In this document: positions 16,579 through 26,757 of the stretch, in pieces
How the letters are laid out: the number at the start of each line of letters is the position of its first letter
Numbering within the stretch: position 1 is the first letter of the stretch
Translations under genes and position numbers: made by a program
Notes under the pieces: generated by a model
What the model was told of the DNA's origin: nothing
What the model saw: the letters and a program-made list of their open reading frames with translations, nothing else
Databases searched by the model: none
NCBI GenBank assembly: GCA_902614235.1
Contig: CACMKG010000002.1
Span: 148,038-212,037, forward strand
DNA: 64,000 bases
Reading direction: 5' to 3'
Source: an uncultured SAR86 cluster bacterium
Lineage (GTDB): Bacteria; Pseudomonadota; Gammaproteobacteria; Magnimaribacterales; AG-339-G14

Positions 16579-17537
16579 AAAAAATTTTTATTCTTAATCA
16601 TATTCATCAGATCGAACTCAGTTTCCGATACCCTTCTTCCTATTGCAGCTTTTTCTAATGAATTTACTGCTCCACTCAAATGAGCAAAAGTTTGTATCAT
16701 ACAAATAATGCCCCATTTCAAAGAGCCATATAATTGCCATATATCTAATTGAGATTTATCTACTTTTATTTTTGAATTAGATTCGTATCCTGCAATCAAA
16801 TCGTCAATATCTCCTAAACCCGCAGCGCGTTTTTCAATATTTCCAAAACGCCAAGAGCGAACACATAGCCATCCTAAATCTTCCATCGGATTGCCAATAT
16901 GAGCTAATTCCCAATCAATAATAGATTCTAGTTTCTTTTCAGAAATTATAAAATTTCCAAATCTATAATCTCCATGTACCAAAACCTTTCCGTAATCTAC
17001 TATTTTTCGTGTCTCTAGCCACTTAAAGGCTAAATCAAATACGGGCTGAGGCTGATTAAAATTTTCGTAAATAATAAATAATTTATTTAAAGATTCTTCA
17101 AAAGAAACTTGCTCTAATTCCTGTAATCGATCAAGTTCGGTTTGATGGATTTGTGCTAAAGATCTTCCAATTTCAAATGGTAATTTGTCTCTTATATATT
17201 CGTAGTTATCATTCTTCAGTATTTTTCTTGGTATAGTCTCGCCGGAAACTGCCTCCATAATATAGCCTTCACCAATTTCATCTGCTTCTGAAAACTCCAT
17301 AATTATCTCAGGAACTGGTGCCCCAAAGGACTTAACTATTTTTTGAATTTTTGCTTCTAAAAGTTTTGGAATTGCCATCACGGCTTCGTCTTTAATAACT
17401 GAACGTCTAACAATGAGTTCTTTGTTATTTGTAAGGATAATTCTATTTATATCTGCTGATGCCCCACCTGTAAGTGGAATTAAATTTTTTATTTTTTGCT
17501 TGAGTGAACTTTCTAAAAAATCCTGAAAAATTGACAT
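16575..17537 (-). CDS. Phosphotransferase (APH/choline-kinase fold), LvaA / ACAD10-11 kinase-domain-like
   Basis: Brenner motif HGDYRFGNF (HxDxxxxN) and IDWELAHIGNPMEDL (DxE...D); 320 aa. Confidence 0.8.
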   Translation of the reverse strand: MSIFQDFLESSLKQKIKNLIPLTGGASADINRIILTNNKELIVRRSVIKDEAVMAIPKLLEAKIQKIVKSFGAPVPEIIMEFSEADEIGEGYIMEAVSGETIPRKILKNDNYEYIRDKLPFEIGRSLAQIHQTELDRLQELEQVSFEESLNKLFIIYENFNQPQPVFDLAFKWLETRKIVDYGKVLVHGDYRFGNFIISEKKLESIIDWELAHIGNPMEDLGWLCVRSWRFGNIEKRAAGLGDIDDLIAGYESNSKIKVDKSQLDIWQLYGSLKWGIICMIQTFAHLSGAVNSLEKAAIGRRVSETEFDLMNMIKNKNFL

Positions 17538-17538
17538 T

Positions 17539-18750
17539 TTAGGAAGATACTAAAGAAGCGTCTCTTTCTCCAAAATCCCAACCAGGGCCATTATTTTCAT
17601 AATTTTTTAGAATTCTTCTAGCTACAGATTGAACATGTACTTCATCAGGACCGTCATAAATTCTTGCTTCACGAGCATGACGATACATAAGACTCAAAGG
17701 AGTATCATCTGTAAGTCCTTTAGCTCCGTGGACTTGAATAGCTCTATCAATGACATTATGCAACATTTCAGCCCCAAGAACTTTTATAAGACCGATTTCA
17801 ATTCTTGCATCATCGCCCTGATCAATTCTCTTTGCAGCATCTAAAGTTAAATGTCTAGAAGCTTGAATTTCACAAGCGCTATCAAAGACAAACTTTTGAA
17901 GAAGTTGTTTTTTCGTCAAAGGAGTCCCAAAAGTTTCCCTTTCGTGCATTCTTTCACAAAGCAAATCAAAAGCTCTCTGAGCTTGTCCTAGCCAACGCAT
18001 ACAGTGAAAAATTCTTCCAGGGCCTAATCTCTTCTGAGCAATAATAAATCCCTGTCCTCTAGGTCCTAATAAGTTTTCTTCAGGAACTTCGACGTTGTCA
18101 TATTCAACTTCGTAATGTCCTCCGTTGATTCCTAAAACAGGAGTTTCTCTAATTATTTTATAACCCGGATTGTCTGTTGGAACTATAATCATACTAAAAG
18201 CACCATGACTTGGTGCATCTAATTCTGTTCGACACATTACTGTCGTGTATGCTGCTCTAGAAGCTCCAGTCGTAAACCATTTTCTTCCGTTAATCTTCCA
18301 AGAGCCATTGTCTAAGATAGCGGTTGTTTGAAGTTGTGTTGGATCAGAACTAGCTATATCTGGCTCTGTCATACCAAAACTGGGAAAAATTTCTCCTTGA
18401 ACCAAAGGTTCTAAATATTGATCTCGCCAATGAGATGAAGCGAACTCTCTTAGCATGATTGAATCCTGAAGGGAGTGAGTTCCTAAAGCCACCATTGCAA
18501 AGGAAGATCTTCCAATGACTTCGTTCACATAAACGTATTCCATAAAAGGCATTCCTCCTCCGCCAATATCTTTGGGATGCCCCAAAGCCCAAATCTTTTC
18601 ATCCTTAGCAAGTTGCATTAAAGAACCTAATATCTCTCTGGATTCTTGAGTTCCCTTTGATAACTCGTTCTCTTTTGGATAAATTTCGTTTTCAATGAAA
18701 TCTTTTACTTTTGCTCTTATTTTTGTCCAGTCTTTACTCATATCTTTCAC
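17539..18750 (-). CDS. Acyl-CoA dehydrogenase family protein, ACAD10/11 / LvaC-like subtype
   Basis: ACAD fold over 403 aa. The C-terminal region reads RIYDGPDEVH instead of the usual IYEGTSEIQ catalytic-Glu block, which I recall as typical of the ACAD10/11-like clade. Confidence 0.85.
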   Translation of the reverse strand: MKDMSKDWTKIRAKVKDFIENEIYPKENELSKGTQESREILGSLMQLAKDEKIWALGHPKDIGGGGMPFMEYVYVNEVIGRSSFAMVALGTHSLQDSIMLREFASSHWRDQYLEPLVQGEIFPSFGMTEPDIASSDPTQLQTTAILDNGSWKINGRKWFTTGASRAAYTTVMCRTELDAPSHGAFSMIIVPTDNPGYKIIRETPVLGINGGHYEVEYDNVEVPEENLLGPRGQGFIIAQKRLGPGRIFHCMRWLGQAQRAFDLLCERMHERETFGTPLTKKQLLQKFVFDSACEIQASRHLTLDAAKRIDQGDDARIEIGLIKVLGAEMLHNVIDRAIQVHGAKGLTDDTPLSLMYRHAREARIYDGPDEVHVQSVARRILKNYENNGPGWDFGERDASLVSS

Positions 18751-20201
18751 TTATTTTTTAATTGGGGAAATAATAAAACATCTCTAATAGATTCTGTACC
18801 TGTAATTAACATAGTTAGTCTATCTATTCCAATTCCTACTCCAGCACATGGTGGTAGTCCATGTTCTAAAGCCTCAATATAATCTTCATCAAAATGCATA
18901 GCTTCTTTATCTCCAGAATCTTTTTTTGCCACTTGATCTTTAAAACGTTTTGCTTGATCTTCGGGATCATTAAGCTCTGAGAAACCATTTGCTATCTCTT
19001 TACCATCAATAAATAATTCAAACCTTTCAGCAATATCAGGATTAGAAATTGATGCTTTAGCCAATGGAGAAATCTCTATTGGATAATCCGTAATAAAAGT
19101 TGGTTCGATTAATTTATTTTCTACACAGGCTTCAAAAATTTCATTTTTAATTATTGATATAGAAGCTTTATTATCAACTTTAATATTTTGTTTCTTGCAG
19201 AATTCTTTAAGCTGCTTTGAGTCAAGTAAATCCTTTTTCTTTAAAGAGGTGTTCTTAATAATGGCATCATCCATACTCAATTTGAGAAAAGATTTTTTAA
19301 AAATCTTATATTTTGAAGCTAAATTTTTAACAATTGTTTTGAACATTTTTTCAACGAAATCCATTTGAAAATTACTATCAACAAAAGCAGTGTAAAACTC
19401 CAACATTGTGAATTCTGGATTATGTCTTGTAGATAATCCTTCGTTTCTAAAATTTCTGTTTATTTCAAATACTTTCTCAAAGCCCCCCACTACTAATCTC
19501 TTTAAATACAATTCTGGGGCTACTCTTAAAAATAAATCCATATTTAAAGAATTGTGATGAGTTACAAATGGTCTAGCACTCGCACCACCAGGAATAGGAT
19601 GCATCATGGGAGTTTCAACTTCTATGAAATTTTCATTTACTAAAAAAGACCTCATGTTGTTTACAATTTCTGCTCTTATCTTGAAAACTTCCAAGCTTTC
19701 TGGATTTGTAAGCAAATCCAAGTATCTTTTACGATAACGCAACTCTGTATCTGTTAAGCCCAAGTGCTTCTCTGGAAGTGGTCTTAGAGACTTGGTTAAA
19801 AGTCTAATTTTTTTTACATAAATGGATAATTCACCAGTATTTGTTTTAAAAATAGTTCCTTCGGTTCCAACAATATCTCCTAAATCGTAGTTTTTAAATT
19901 CATCATAATTAGAAACTTCATCGGCTCTTACATATAACTGGATTCTTCCAGAAAAGTCTTGAATGGTTGTAAAGCTAGCCTTCCCCATCATTCTTCTAAG
20001 CATAATTCTTCCTGCTACAGAGACTTTTTTCTTTTTCTTTTCAAGCTCTTCTTTAGAAAATTGATCCAGTTCTTCTTTGATTTCTCCAGCTAAATTTTTT
20101 CTTTTGAAATCATTAGGATAAGCTTTCTCAGCAGCTCTGAGTTCAGCTAGTTTTTTACGACGCTCCTCAATTAAATGATTTTCTTCTTTGTCTTGCGTCA
20201 T
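18747..20201 (-). CDS. lysS: Lysine--tRNA ligase (class II)
   Basis: OB anticodon-binding N-domain and class II motifs (FRNEGLSTRHNPEFT, GLPPCAGVGIGIDRL); 484 aa. Confidence 0.96.
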   Translation of the reverse strand: MTQDKEENHLIEERRKKLAELRAAEKAYPNDFKRKNLAGEIKEELDQFSKEELEKKKKKVSVAGRIMLRRMMGKASFTTIQDFSGRIQLYVRADEVSNYDEFKNYDLGDIVGTEGTIFKTNTGELSIYVKKIRLLTKSLRPLPEKHLGLTDTELRYRKRYLDLLTNPESLEVFKIRAEIVNNMRSFLVNENFIEVETPMMHPIPGGASARPFVTHHNSLNMDLFLRVAPELYLKRLVVGGFEKVFEINRNFRNEGLSTRHNPEFTMLEFYTAFVDSNFQMDFVEKMFKTIVKNLASKYKIFKKSFLKLSMDDAIIKNTSLKKKDLLDSKQLKEFCKKQNIKVDNKASISIIKNEIFEACVENKLIEPTFITDYPIEISPLAKASISNPDIAERFELFIDGKEIANGFSELNDPEDQAKRFKDQVAKKDSGDKEAMHFDEDYIEALEHGLPPCAGVGIGIDRLTMLITGTESIRDVLLFPQLKNK

Positions 20202-21293
20202 TATTCTATTCCTTGCTTCAAACTAGCTTCGATGAATAAATCCAAATTACCATCTAAAACGTCATTACAGTTACCCGTCTCTACTCCTGTTCGAAGATCT
20301 TTGATTCTGGCCGAATCTAAAACATAAGACCTTATTTGACTTCCCCATCCTATATCGGATTTCGTCGCTTCTAAATTATCCATTTCTTGTTGTTGTTTTT
20401 TTAATTCTATCTCAAAGAGCTTTGCTCGTAACTGTTTCATAGCACTATCTTTATTCTTGTGTTGCGATCTTTGTGTTTGGCATTGAACTACAATTCCAGA
20501 AGGAATATGCGTTAGTCTTACTGCAGAATCAGTTTTATTTACGTGTTGGCCTCCGGCTCCACTTGCTCTATAGGTGTCAATTCTAATATCAGCAGGGTTT
20601 AGATCAATTTGAATTTCGTCGTCCACTTCAGGAGAAACAAAAATAGATGCAAAGGAGGTATGTCTTCGACTTCCAGAATCAAAAGGAGATTTTCTTACGA
20701 GTCTATGAACGCCAGATTCAGTTCTCAACCACCCATAAGCAAAATCACCATCAAATTTAATGGTTGCGCTTTTAATACCGGCTACTTCTCCAGGAGACAC
20801 TTCAATTAGCTCTGTTTTGAAGCCTTTATTTTCTCCCCATCTCAAGTACATACGCAGTAGCATTTCTGCCCAATCTTGTGCTTCCGTTCCTCCCGAACCA
20901 GACTGAATGTCAAGATAGGAGCTTGCCTGATCCATTTTTCCAGAAAACATTCTTCGGAACTCTAGATCGCTAATCATTTCTTCTACATATAAAAGATCTT
21001 TTTCGAGTTGATTTAGCTCAACTTCATCGTTACCAACTAATTCAAATAATTCGTTTAAGTCTCTTATAGATGAACTCAAATTTTCAATTAGATTAACTAA
21101 TTTCTCTGAAGAAGATTTTTCTTTGCCTAATTTTTGACTTTTTTCTTGGTTAGACCAAATTTCTGGATCTTGGAGTATGGTATTTATTTCTTCTAAACGT
21201 TTTCTTTTAGCATCAAAGTCAAAGATACCCCCTAAGCTCTTCAAGAGACTTAAAAGCAGATTTTATTCGCTCACCTATGGATTGTTCGCTCAT
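20201..21293 (-). CDS. prfB: Peptide chain release factor 2, expressed through a programmed +1 frameshift
   Basis: Frame 0 runs from ATG 21291-21293: [24 protein letters not shown] then TGA. After the +1 shift it continues [11 protein letters not shown]... through SPF and GGQ (GAGGQHVNK). The joined product is about 363 aa. The ORF track shows only the downstream 347-aa frame. Confidence 0.93.
21218..21233 (-). other. RF2 recoding site: internal SD-like AGGGGG, 3-nt spacer, slippery CTT TGA C
   Basis: The minus strand reads AGGGGGTATCTTTGAC. CTT is the complement of 21222-21224, TGA of 21219-21221, and C of 21218. Confidence 0.9.
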
Positions 21294-22682
21294 TTAGTTC
21301 AATACCTCAGAATTTATAAAGCTCACAACGTCTTCATAATTATTTTCAACTACAGAAAAAGATTCATCCATTGTCATAATTTCTTTCAACTTTGAAGGGG
21401 TATTTTCCTCTAGAACATCTAATTTAGCGTTTACAGCTTCTGGAAACTTAGCTGGATGAGCTGTTGCAAATGTTACTACCTCAGATAAATCATAATTTAA
21501 GTCTTTATTTCCTTTTAAAGCTGTTGCTGTGTGAGGATCAAATAAAAGGTCTTCAAGATTGAAGTTGTTTACGATCGTATCAATTATATCTTCATCACTG
21601 CATGTTGAGCTTTGAAAAAAATCCTTGATCCTATTCCATCCGTCATCTGGCAAATTACTTAGTTTGATTGGTTTAGAAGGGAATGAAGAGAACAAATTTT
21701 TTAGAAAAGAGCCATCTTTTTTATAAACTTCAAACAACAATCTTTCAATATTACTAGCAACAGATATATCCATCGAAGGGGCTAAAGATGACGTAGCTTC
21801 TTTTTGCTGATAAATGTCTTTTAGAAACAATCTATGCAGTACGTCGTTCTTATTAGTAGCAACATTAATTCCTTTGAAGGATAAACCCATATTTTTGGCT
21901 GTCCATCCTGCATAGGCATGACCAAAATTTCCTGAAGGAATTGATGCTATAAAATCTTTTTTAATTTTTAGCTTGGTATAAAAAAAATAAACACTTTGAG
22001 CCATGATTCTTGTCCAGTTAATTGAATTTATCGAAACAAACCGAACATTTTCATTATTATTTTCTAGAAATATTTTTTTTACATGATTCTGACAATCATC
22101 AAAATTACCCTTTACAGATAAGGGAAAAACATTGTCCGCATTAGAAGTCGTCATCTGCCTCTGTTGAACAGCCGAAATTTTTTGATCTGGAAACAATATA
22201 ACAATATTAATATCTTTAAAATTCTTACAAGCTTCTATTGCTGCAGAGCCTGTATCTCCTGAAGTAGCTCCCAATACTACAATCTTTTTATCTGATCTTT
22301 CTGCAGCTTTATCTAAAAGCGCTGCCAAAAGCTGCATTGCAACGTCTTTGAAAGCAAATGTCGGTCCATGAAATAATTCAAGAACAAATCCTAAGCTTCT
22401 TGTTTCATTCAACCTCACTATCTCAGGAATACTAAATGAGCTATAAGCATTTTTAACTATTTCTTCAAAATCATTCTTAGAAAGAAATCCTTCTATATAT
22501 GGGAAAAGAAGATTTGCAGCCAATTCCTCATAGCTTAAATTCTCAAATGATCTTATTTCATCTTCCGAAAAATTGGGAAATCTCTCAGGCATGTACAAAC
22601 CGCCATCCTTTGCAGTACCAGATGTTAAAACCTCCATGAAGTCTAATTTCCTTGAATCTCCTCTTGTACTAATGTATTTCAT
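21294..22682 (-). CDS. thrC: Threonine synthase (long form)
   Basis: PLP-lysine block HGPTFAFKD and GATSGDTGSAA; 462 aa. Its stop codon directly abuts the prfB ATG. Confidence 0.92.
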   Translation of the reverse strand: MKYISTRGDSRKLDFMEVLTSGTAKDGGLYMPERFPNFSEDEIRSFENLSYEELAANLLFPYIEGFLSKNDFEEIVKNAYSSFSIPEIVRLNETRSLGFVLELFHGPTFAFKDVAMQLLAALLDKAAERSDKKIVVLGATSGDTGSAAIEACKNFKDINIVILFPDQKISAVQQRQMTTSNADNVFPLSVKGNFDDCQNHVKKIFLENNNENVRFVSINSINWTRIMAQSVYFFYTKLKIKKDFIASIPSGNFGHAYAGWTAKNMGLSFKGINVATNKNDVLHRLFLKDIYQQKEATSSLAPSMDISVASNIERLLFEVYKKDGSFLKNLFSSFPSKPIKLSNLPDDGWNRIKDFFQSSTCSDEDIIDTIVNNFNLEDLLFDPHTATALKGNKDLNYDLSEVVTFATAHPAKFPEAVNAKLDVLEENTPSKLKEIMTMDESFSVVENNYEDVVSFINSEVLN

Positions 22683-22684
22683 TT

Positions 22685-23953
22685 TTATATATCCAGAATT
22701 CTTAAGTGAGAAATCGAATTTTTTACTTCTGATAACTCTCGTAAATCTGAAATAACTTTCTGAATAACTTTTTCTTCAGAATTACTTGTAACAATCACTA
22801 AAGGGATTACATCTTCTTTCTTGTCTAATTCTTTCTGAATTAGATTATCTATAGAGAGACCATTTTCTGCCATTACTGTAGATATTTTAGCAATTACTCC
22901 GGCCTCATCGCTTACTTCCATTCTTAGGTAGTGTCCACATGAAAAATCTTCAAAACTTGCATCAAGAGAAGTTTTTACAAATTCTTGATAATCAAAGATT
23001 TTGCCTCTTGCTATATCAATAATATCTGTCAGCACTGAATTAGAAGTAGGTTTTGCACCTGCTCCAGGCCCAGCGTACATTGTTCCTCCTGTGCTTTCAG
23101 TATTCATTAACACAGCATTACTTTCGTTTTGAATTGAAGCCAATAATGATTTTTCTTTAACAAAAGCTGGGAAACTGCCTAAAGTAAATTTATTATTTTT
23201 TGACATTCCAATTGATAGAGGCTTAAGGACTAATTGTAGTTGTTTCCCATAATCAATATCTTGAGTCGAAATATTATCAATTCCTTCATAATGCACGTTT
23301 TCAATAACTGCATGTTTAAAAAATGAGAGTGTTGCTAAGATGCATGTTTTCTGGGCTGCATCTTGTCCCGATATGTCAAAAGTTGGATCTGGTTCTGCAA
23401 AACCTTCTTTCTGTGCCAAAGAGAGAGCTGTTTCGAAAGATAACCCTTCTTCAGCCATTTTAGAAAAAATAAAATTAGACGTACCGTTCAAAATCCCAGC
23501 AAAAGAGTTAATTTGATTACTCATTAATCCGTCTCTTATAACCCTAATAATAGGAATTCCTCCAGCAACAGAAGCTTCAAAGCCCAAATGAACTTGATTT
23601 TGTTTTGCAATTTCAAAAAGCTCTTTTGAATGAGCAGCAATAAGTGCTTTATTTGCTGTTACAAAGTGTTTTTTATTATTTAATGCGGCTTTTGCAAGCT
23701 TGAAGGATTCTTCGACTCCACCTATTAATTCTACTACTACATCAACTTCATCGGATAGGGGAACTTCTTGGATATCTTTTATAACTTTAATATTCTCAAG
23801 TCCTGGCACTTTTCCTTTTCTTGCTCCAATTAAAGATATTGATAAATCAAGGCCATAATTTTGATTAATTAATGATTTTGAATTTATTATAGTTTCTGCA
23901 AATGCAAAGCCAACGTTTCCTGTCCCGCAAAGCCCTATTCTTAATTTTTTCAT
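22685..23953 (-). CDS. hom: Homoserine dehydrogenase with C-terminal ACT domain
   Basis: N-terminal GLCGTGNVG Rossmann motif, catalytic-domain NGTSNFI, and an ACT tail (YLRMEVSDEAGVIAKISTVMAENGLSI). Confidence 0.92.
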   Translation of the reverse strand: MKKLRIGLCGTGNVGFAFAETIINSKSLINQNYGLDLSISLIGARKGKVPGLENIKVIKDIQEVPLSDEVDVVVELIGGVEESFKLAKAALNNKKHFVTANKALIAAHSKELFEIAKQNQVHLGFEASVAGGIPIIRVIRDGLMSNQINSFAGILNGTSNFIFSKMAEEGLSFETALSLAQKEGFAEPDPTFDISGQDAAQKTCILATLSFFKHAVIENVHYEGIDNISTQDIDYGKQLQLVLKPLSIGMSKNNKFTLGSFPAFVKEKSLLASIQNESNAVLMNTESTGGTMYAGPGAGAKPTSNSVLTDIIDIARGKIFDYQEFVKTSLDASFEDFSCGHYLRMEVSDEAGVIAKISTVMAENGLSIDNLIQKELDKKEDVIPLVIVTSNSEEKVIQKVISDLRELSEVKNSISHLRILDI

Positions 23954-23956
23954 GCT

Positions 23957-25135
23957 TTACTTAAAAAGTTTTTTAATGTTTTTCAGGGCTTGCTTAGTTC
24001 TTTGATCATTCTCAATTAAAGAAAATCTAATAAAATCATCTCCATATTCTCCAAAACCTATTCCTGGAGAAACAGCTACGTTGGCTTTTTCGAGTAAAAT
24101 TCTGGAAAACTCTAACGATTTCATATTAAAACTTTCAGGGATCTTTGCCCAAACAAACATTGTTGCTTTTGGTTTATCTACTTCCCAACCTAAAGAATTT
24201 AATCCATCACATAAAGTATCTCTTCTAGATTTATACATATTACAAATTTCTTCTACGTACTCGTCACCATTATTTAAAGCTTCAATTCCAGCAACTTGAA
24301 TTGGAGTAAAGTGTCCATAATCAAAGTAAGATTTTAGTCTAGCTAAAGCGCTTATAAGTTCAGTATTTCCGCAGCAAAAGCCAATCCTCCAACCAGGCAT
24401 ATTGTAACTTTTTGAGAGTGTAAAAAATTCCACCGCAATGTCTTTAGCTCCGTCGACTTCTAGAATTGAAGGCGCTTTATATCCATCAAAACATAAATCC
24501 GCATAGGCTAAATCATGAACAACCCAGATAGAATTTTCTTTAGCTATCTTTATTATTTTTTCAAAAAAAGCTTTATCAACACACTGAGTAGTTGGATTAC
24601 TTGGAAAATTTATCAATAACATTTTTGGTTTAGGGAATGAAGACTTTATGGCTTCTTGAAGGCTTTCAAAAAAATCAATGTCTGGTCCAATAGGAACATG
24701 TCTGATATCAGCACCAGAAATTACAAATCCAAAAGGATGAATTGGATAAGCAGGATTTGGGACCAGAATAGTGTCTCCTTTGTCTACAGTAGCCATTGCA
24801 AGATGGCCTAATCCCTCTTTTGAGCCTATTGTGACAATAGCTTCAGTTTCGGGATTTAAGACAACTTCAAATTTTCGTTCATACCAATCGGTAATAGCTT
24901 TTCTCAACCTTGGTATGCCGATGGATTGAGAATATCTATGAGTGTCAGGCCTCTGAACGGTCTCAGTAAGTTTATCGACAATGCTTTTTGGAGTCTCGCC
25001 GTCTGGATTTCCCATACTAAAATCTATGACGTCTTCTCCTTTTCTTCTGGCTTCCATCTTAAGTAAATTAATTTGTTCAAAAATATATGGAGGCAACCTA
25101 TTGATTGCAGAAAAATTTTTATCTAATTCATCCAT
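23957..25135 (-). CDS. alaC: PLP-dependent aminotransferase class I, AlaC (YfdZ)-like alanine transaminase
   Basis: NRLPPYIFEQINLLKMEARRKGEDVIDFSMGNPDG...RPDTHRYSQSIGIPRLRKAI...IVTIGSKEGL is near-colinear with E. coli AlaC as I remember it. The PLP Lys is in LSKSYNMPGWR. Confidence 0.78.
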   Translation of the reverse strand: MDELDKNFSAINRLPPYIFEQINLLKMEARRKGEDVIDFSMGNPDGETPKSIVDKLTETVQRPDTHRYSQSIGIPRLRKAITDWYERKFEVVLNPETEAIVTIGSKEGLGHLAMATVDKGDTILVPNPAYPIHPFGFVISGADIRHVPIGPDIDFFESLQEAIKSSFPKPKMLLINFPSNPTTQCVDKAFFEKIIKIAKENSIWVVHDLAYADLCFDGYKAPSILEVDGAKDIAVEFFTLSKSYNMPGWRIGFCCGNTELISALARLKSYFDYGHFTPIQVAGIEALNNGDEYVEEICNMYKSRRDTLCDGLNSLGWEVDKPKATMFVWAKIPESFNMKSLEFSRILLEKANVAVSPGIGFGEYGDDFIRFSLIENDQRTKQALKNIKKLFK

Positions 25136-25848
25136 TATTTTAAATACTCAAGTAATTCTTTAGCTTCGATATATCCTGGGATAGTAAAACCTGATTGAGA
25201 GATTATAGTCGGAGTTCCTTGTATATCTATGCTTTTGGCTAATTCAAAATGAGTTTTTATTGGATTATCTTCACAATCAATTTGTTCAAAATCCTTATCT
25301 TTTTTTAATCCTGTTAATACTTCTTGTCTATTTAAAGAACACCAAGCAATAGACATTTTTTTGTAAGTATCACTATCGATACCAGATCTGGGAAACGCTA
25401 AATAATTTACTTGAATTCCTTGATCTAAATAAGAAGAAATTTGATTGTGAAATTTTCTACAAAATCCACAATCCACATCTGTGAATACGTAAACTTTATA
25501 CTTAATCTCTTTGGGGGAAAATTTTATTAAAGATTTTTCATCTATTTTCTGAAGCATATCCTTAGCTTTAGAATAATTTTTTTCTCTGGATAAATTAACT
25601 AATTCTTCGTTTTTAATTTTAAAAATATCTCCTAGAACTAAATATTGACCCCCTTTCTCAACATAAAAAAAGGAACCATCGGATAGTATGACTTCATAAA
25701 AATTAGGTAGTTGAGATTCTTTTATTGAGTCAATATTCAATTCTATGGGAATGACTTTAGATAACTGTTCTTCAATCAATTGACTAGAGTCGTTTTCTAT
25801 TTGAGAACAGGAAATTATAAAAAGAAATACAAAAATAGTTTTTTTCAT
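25135..25848 (-). CDS. dsbC: Periplasmic thiol:disulfide interchange protein DsbC/DsbG family
   Basis: Signal peptide MKKTIFVFLFIISCS and thioredoxin active site CGFC (DVDCGFCRKFH); 237 aa. Confidence 0.85.
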   Translation of the reverse strand: MKKTIFVFLFIISCSQIENDSSQLIEEQLSKVIPIELNIDSIKESQLPNFYEVILSDGSFFYVEKGGQYLVLGDIFKIKNEELVNLSREKNYSKAKDMLQKIDEKSLIKFSPKEIKYKVYVFTDVDCGFCRKFHNQISSYLDQGIQVNYLAFPRSGIDSDTYKKMSIAWCSLNRQEVLTGLKKDKDFEQIDCEDNPIKTHFELAKSIDIQGTPTIISQSGFTIPGYIEAKELLEYLK

Positions 25849-26748
25849 TTATCCCCTTGGGTGATGTTCATTATGAAGTTGTTTCAGTCTATATTTAGCA
25901 ACCTCTGTATAAATCTGAGTTGTATTTAAATCACTATGTCCTAATAAAAGCTGAACCACTCTTAAATCAGCGCCATTATTTAGCAAGTGCGTGGCAAAAG
26001 CATGTCTCAAAACATGAGGTGATATATTTTTTTTATTAAGACCTGCTTTATCGGAATAGAATTTTATTCTATGCCAAAAGCTTTGTCTCGTCATTTTTGA
26101 GCCTCTTGAGGATATAAAAAAATAATCTGAAATATTTCTGTTTAGCAATTTAGGCCTACTGTCGTTTAAATAAGCATCCATTATATTTATTAACTTCTCT
26201 CCCATAGGGACTAACCTTTCTTTTTGACCCTTACCCAAAACTTTCATTACTCCTTGACGAGCATTTACATGTATCAGCTCTAGGTCAATCAACTCAGATA
26301 CTCTAAGTCCACAGGAATATAAAGTTTCTATCATTGCCTTATCTCGAAGACCTAAGGCTGAATTAACATCAGGACATTCTAAGAGCTTTTCAATTTCTTT
26401 CTCATCCAAAGTTTTGGGAATGGATTTCATAACTTTTGGAGTCTCAACTTTTTCACATGGGTCTAAAGTGAGAATATTTTTTACTACTAGATATTTGTAA
26501 AAAACTCTTAATGAAGAAAGTTTTCTTGCTACTGATTTGCTTCCTAGTTTTTGGCTAAATAAAAAAGAAAGATATTCAAGGATTTCAGCTCTAGAAACTT
26601 TTTTATAATTTAAAGAATTCTTTGATAACCATAAAAAATATTTTTCAGTATCGCTTTTATAAGAATTGAGAGTATTTTGACTTAAACCTTTTTCTATCCA
26701 GATAGTATCTATAAAGGCATCAAGAATTTGCCTCTCGTCTCCACTCAT
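25849..26748 (-). CDS. xerD: Site-specific tyrosine recombinase XerD (chromosome dimer resolution)
   Basis: R...HxxR...Y catalytic set (GLRVSEL, HVLRHAFATHLL, LGHSDLNTTQIYTEV). It has the conserved xerD-dsbC neighbourhood. Confidence 0.9.
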   Translation of the reverse strand: MSGDERQILDAFIDTIWIEKGLSQNTLNSYKSDTEKYFLWLSKNSLNYKKVSRAEILEYLSFLFSQKLGSKSVARKLSSLRVFYKYLVVKNILTLDPCEKVETPKVMKSIPKTLDEKEIEKLLECPDVNSALGLRDKAMIETLYSCGLRVSELIDLELIHVNARQGVMKVLGKGQKERLVPMGEKLINIMDAYLNDSRPKLLNRNISDYFFISSRGSKMTRQSFWHRIKFYSDKAGLNKKNISPHVLRHAFATHLLNNGADLRVVQLLLGHSDLNTTQIYTEVAKYRLKQLHNEHHPRG

Positions 26749-26757
26749 AGAATGATT

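Noticed and set aside
21177-21395. A 72-aa plus-strand ORF spans the prfB/thrC junction.
   Set aside because: The region is fully explained by the prfB frame-0 leader, the +1 frameshift site and the thrC 3' end on the minus strand.
25849-26748. The tyrosine recombinase could mark an integrated mobile element.
   Set aside because: It is a full-length XerD in the conserved xerD-dsbC-hom-thrC context. No flanking repeats, phage genes or cargo genes are present.
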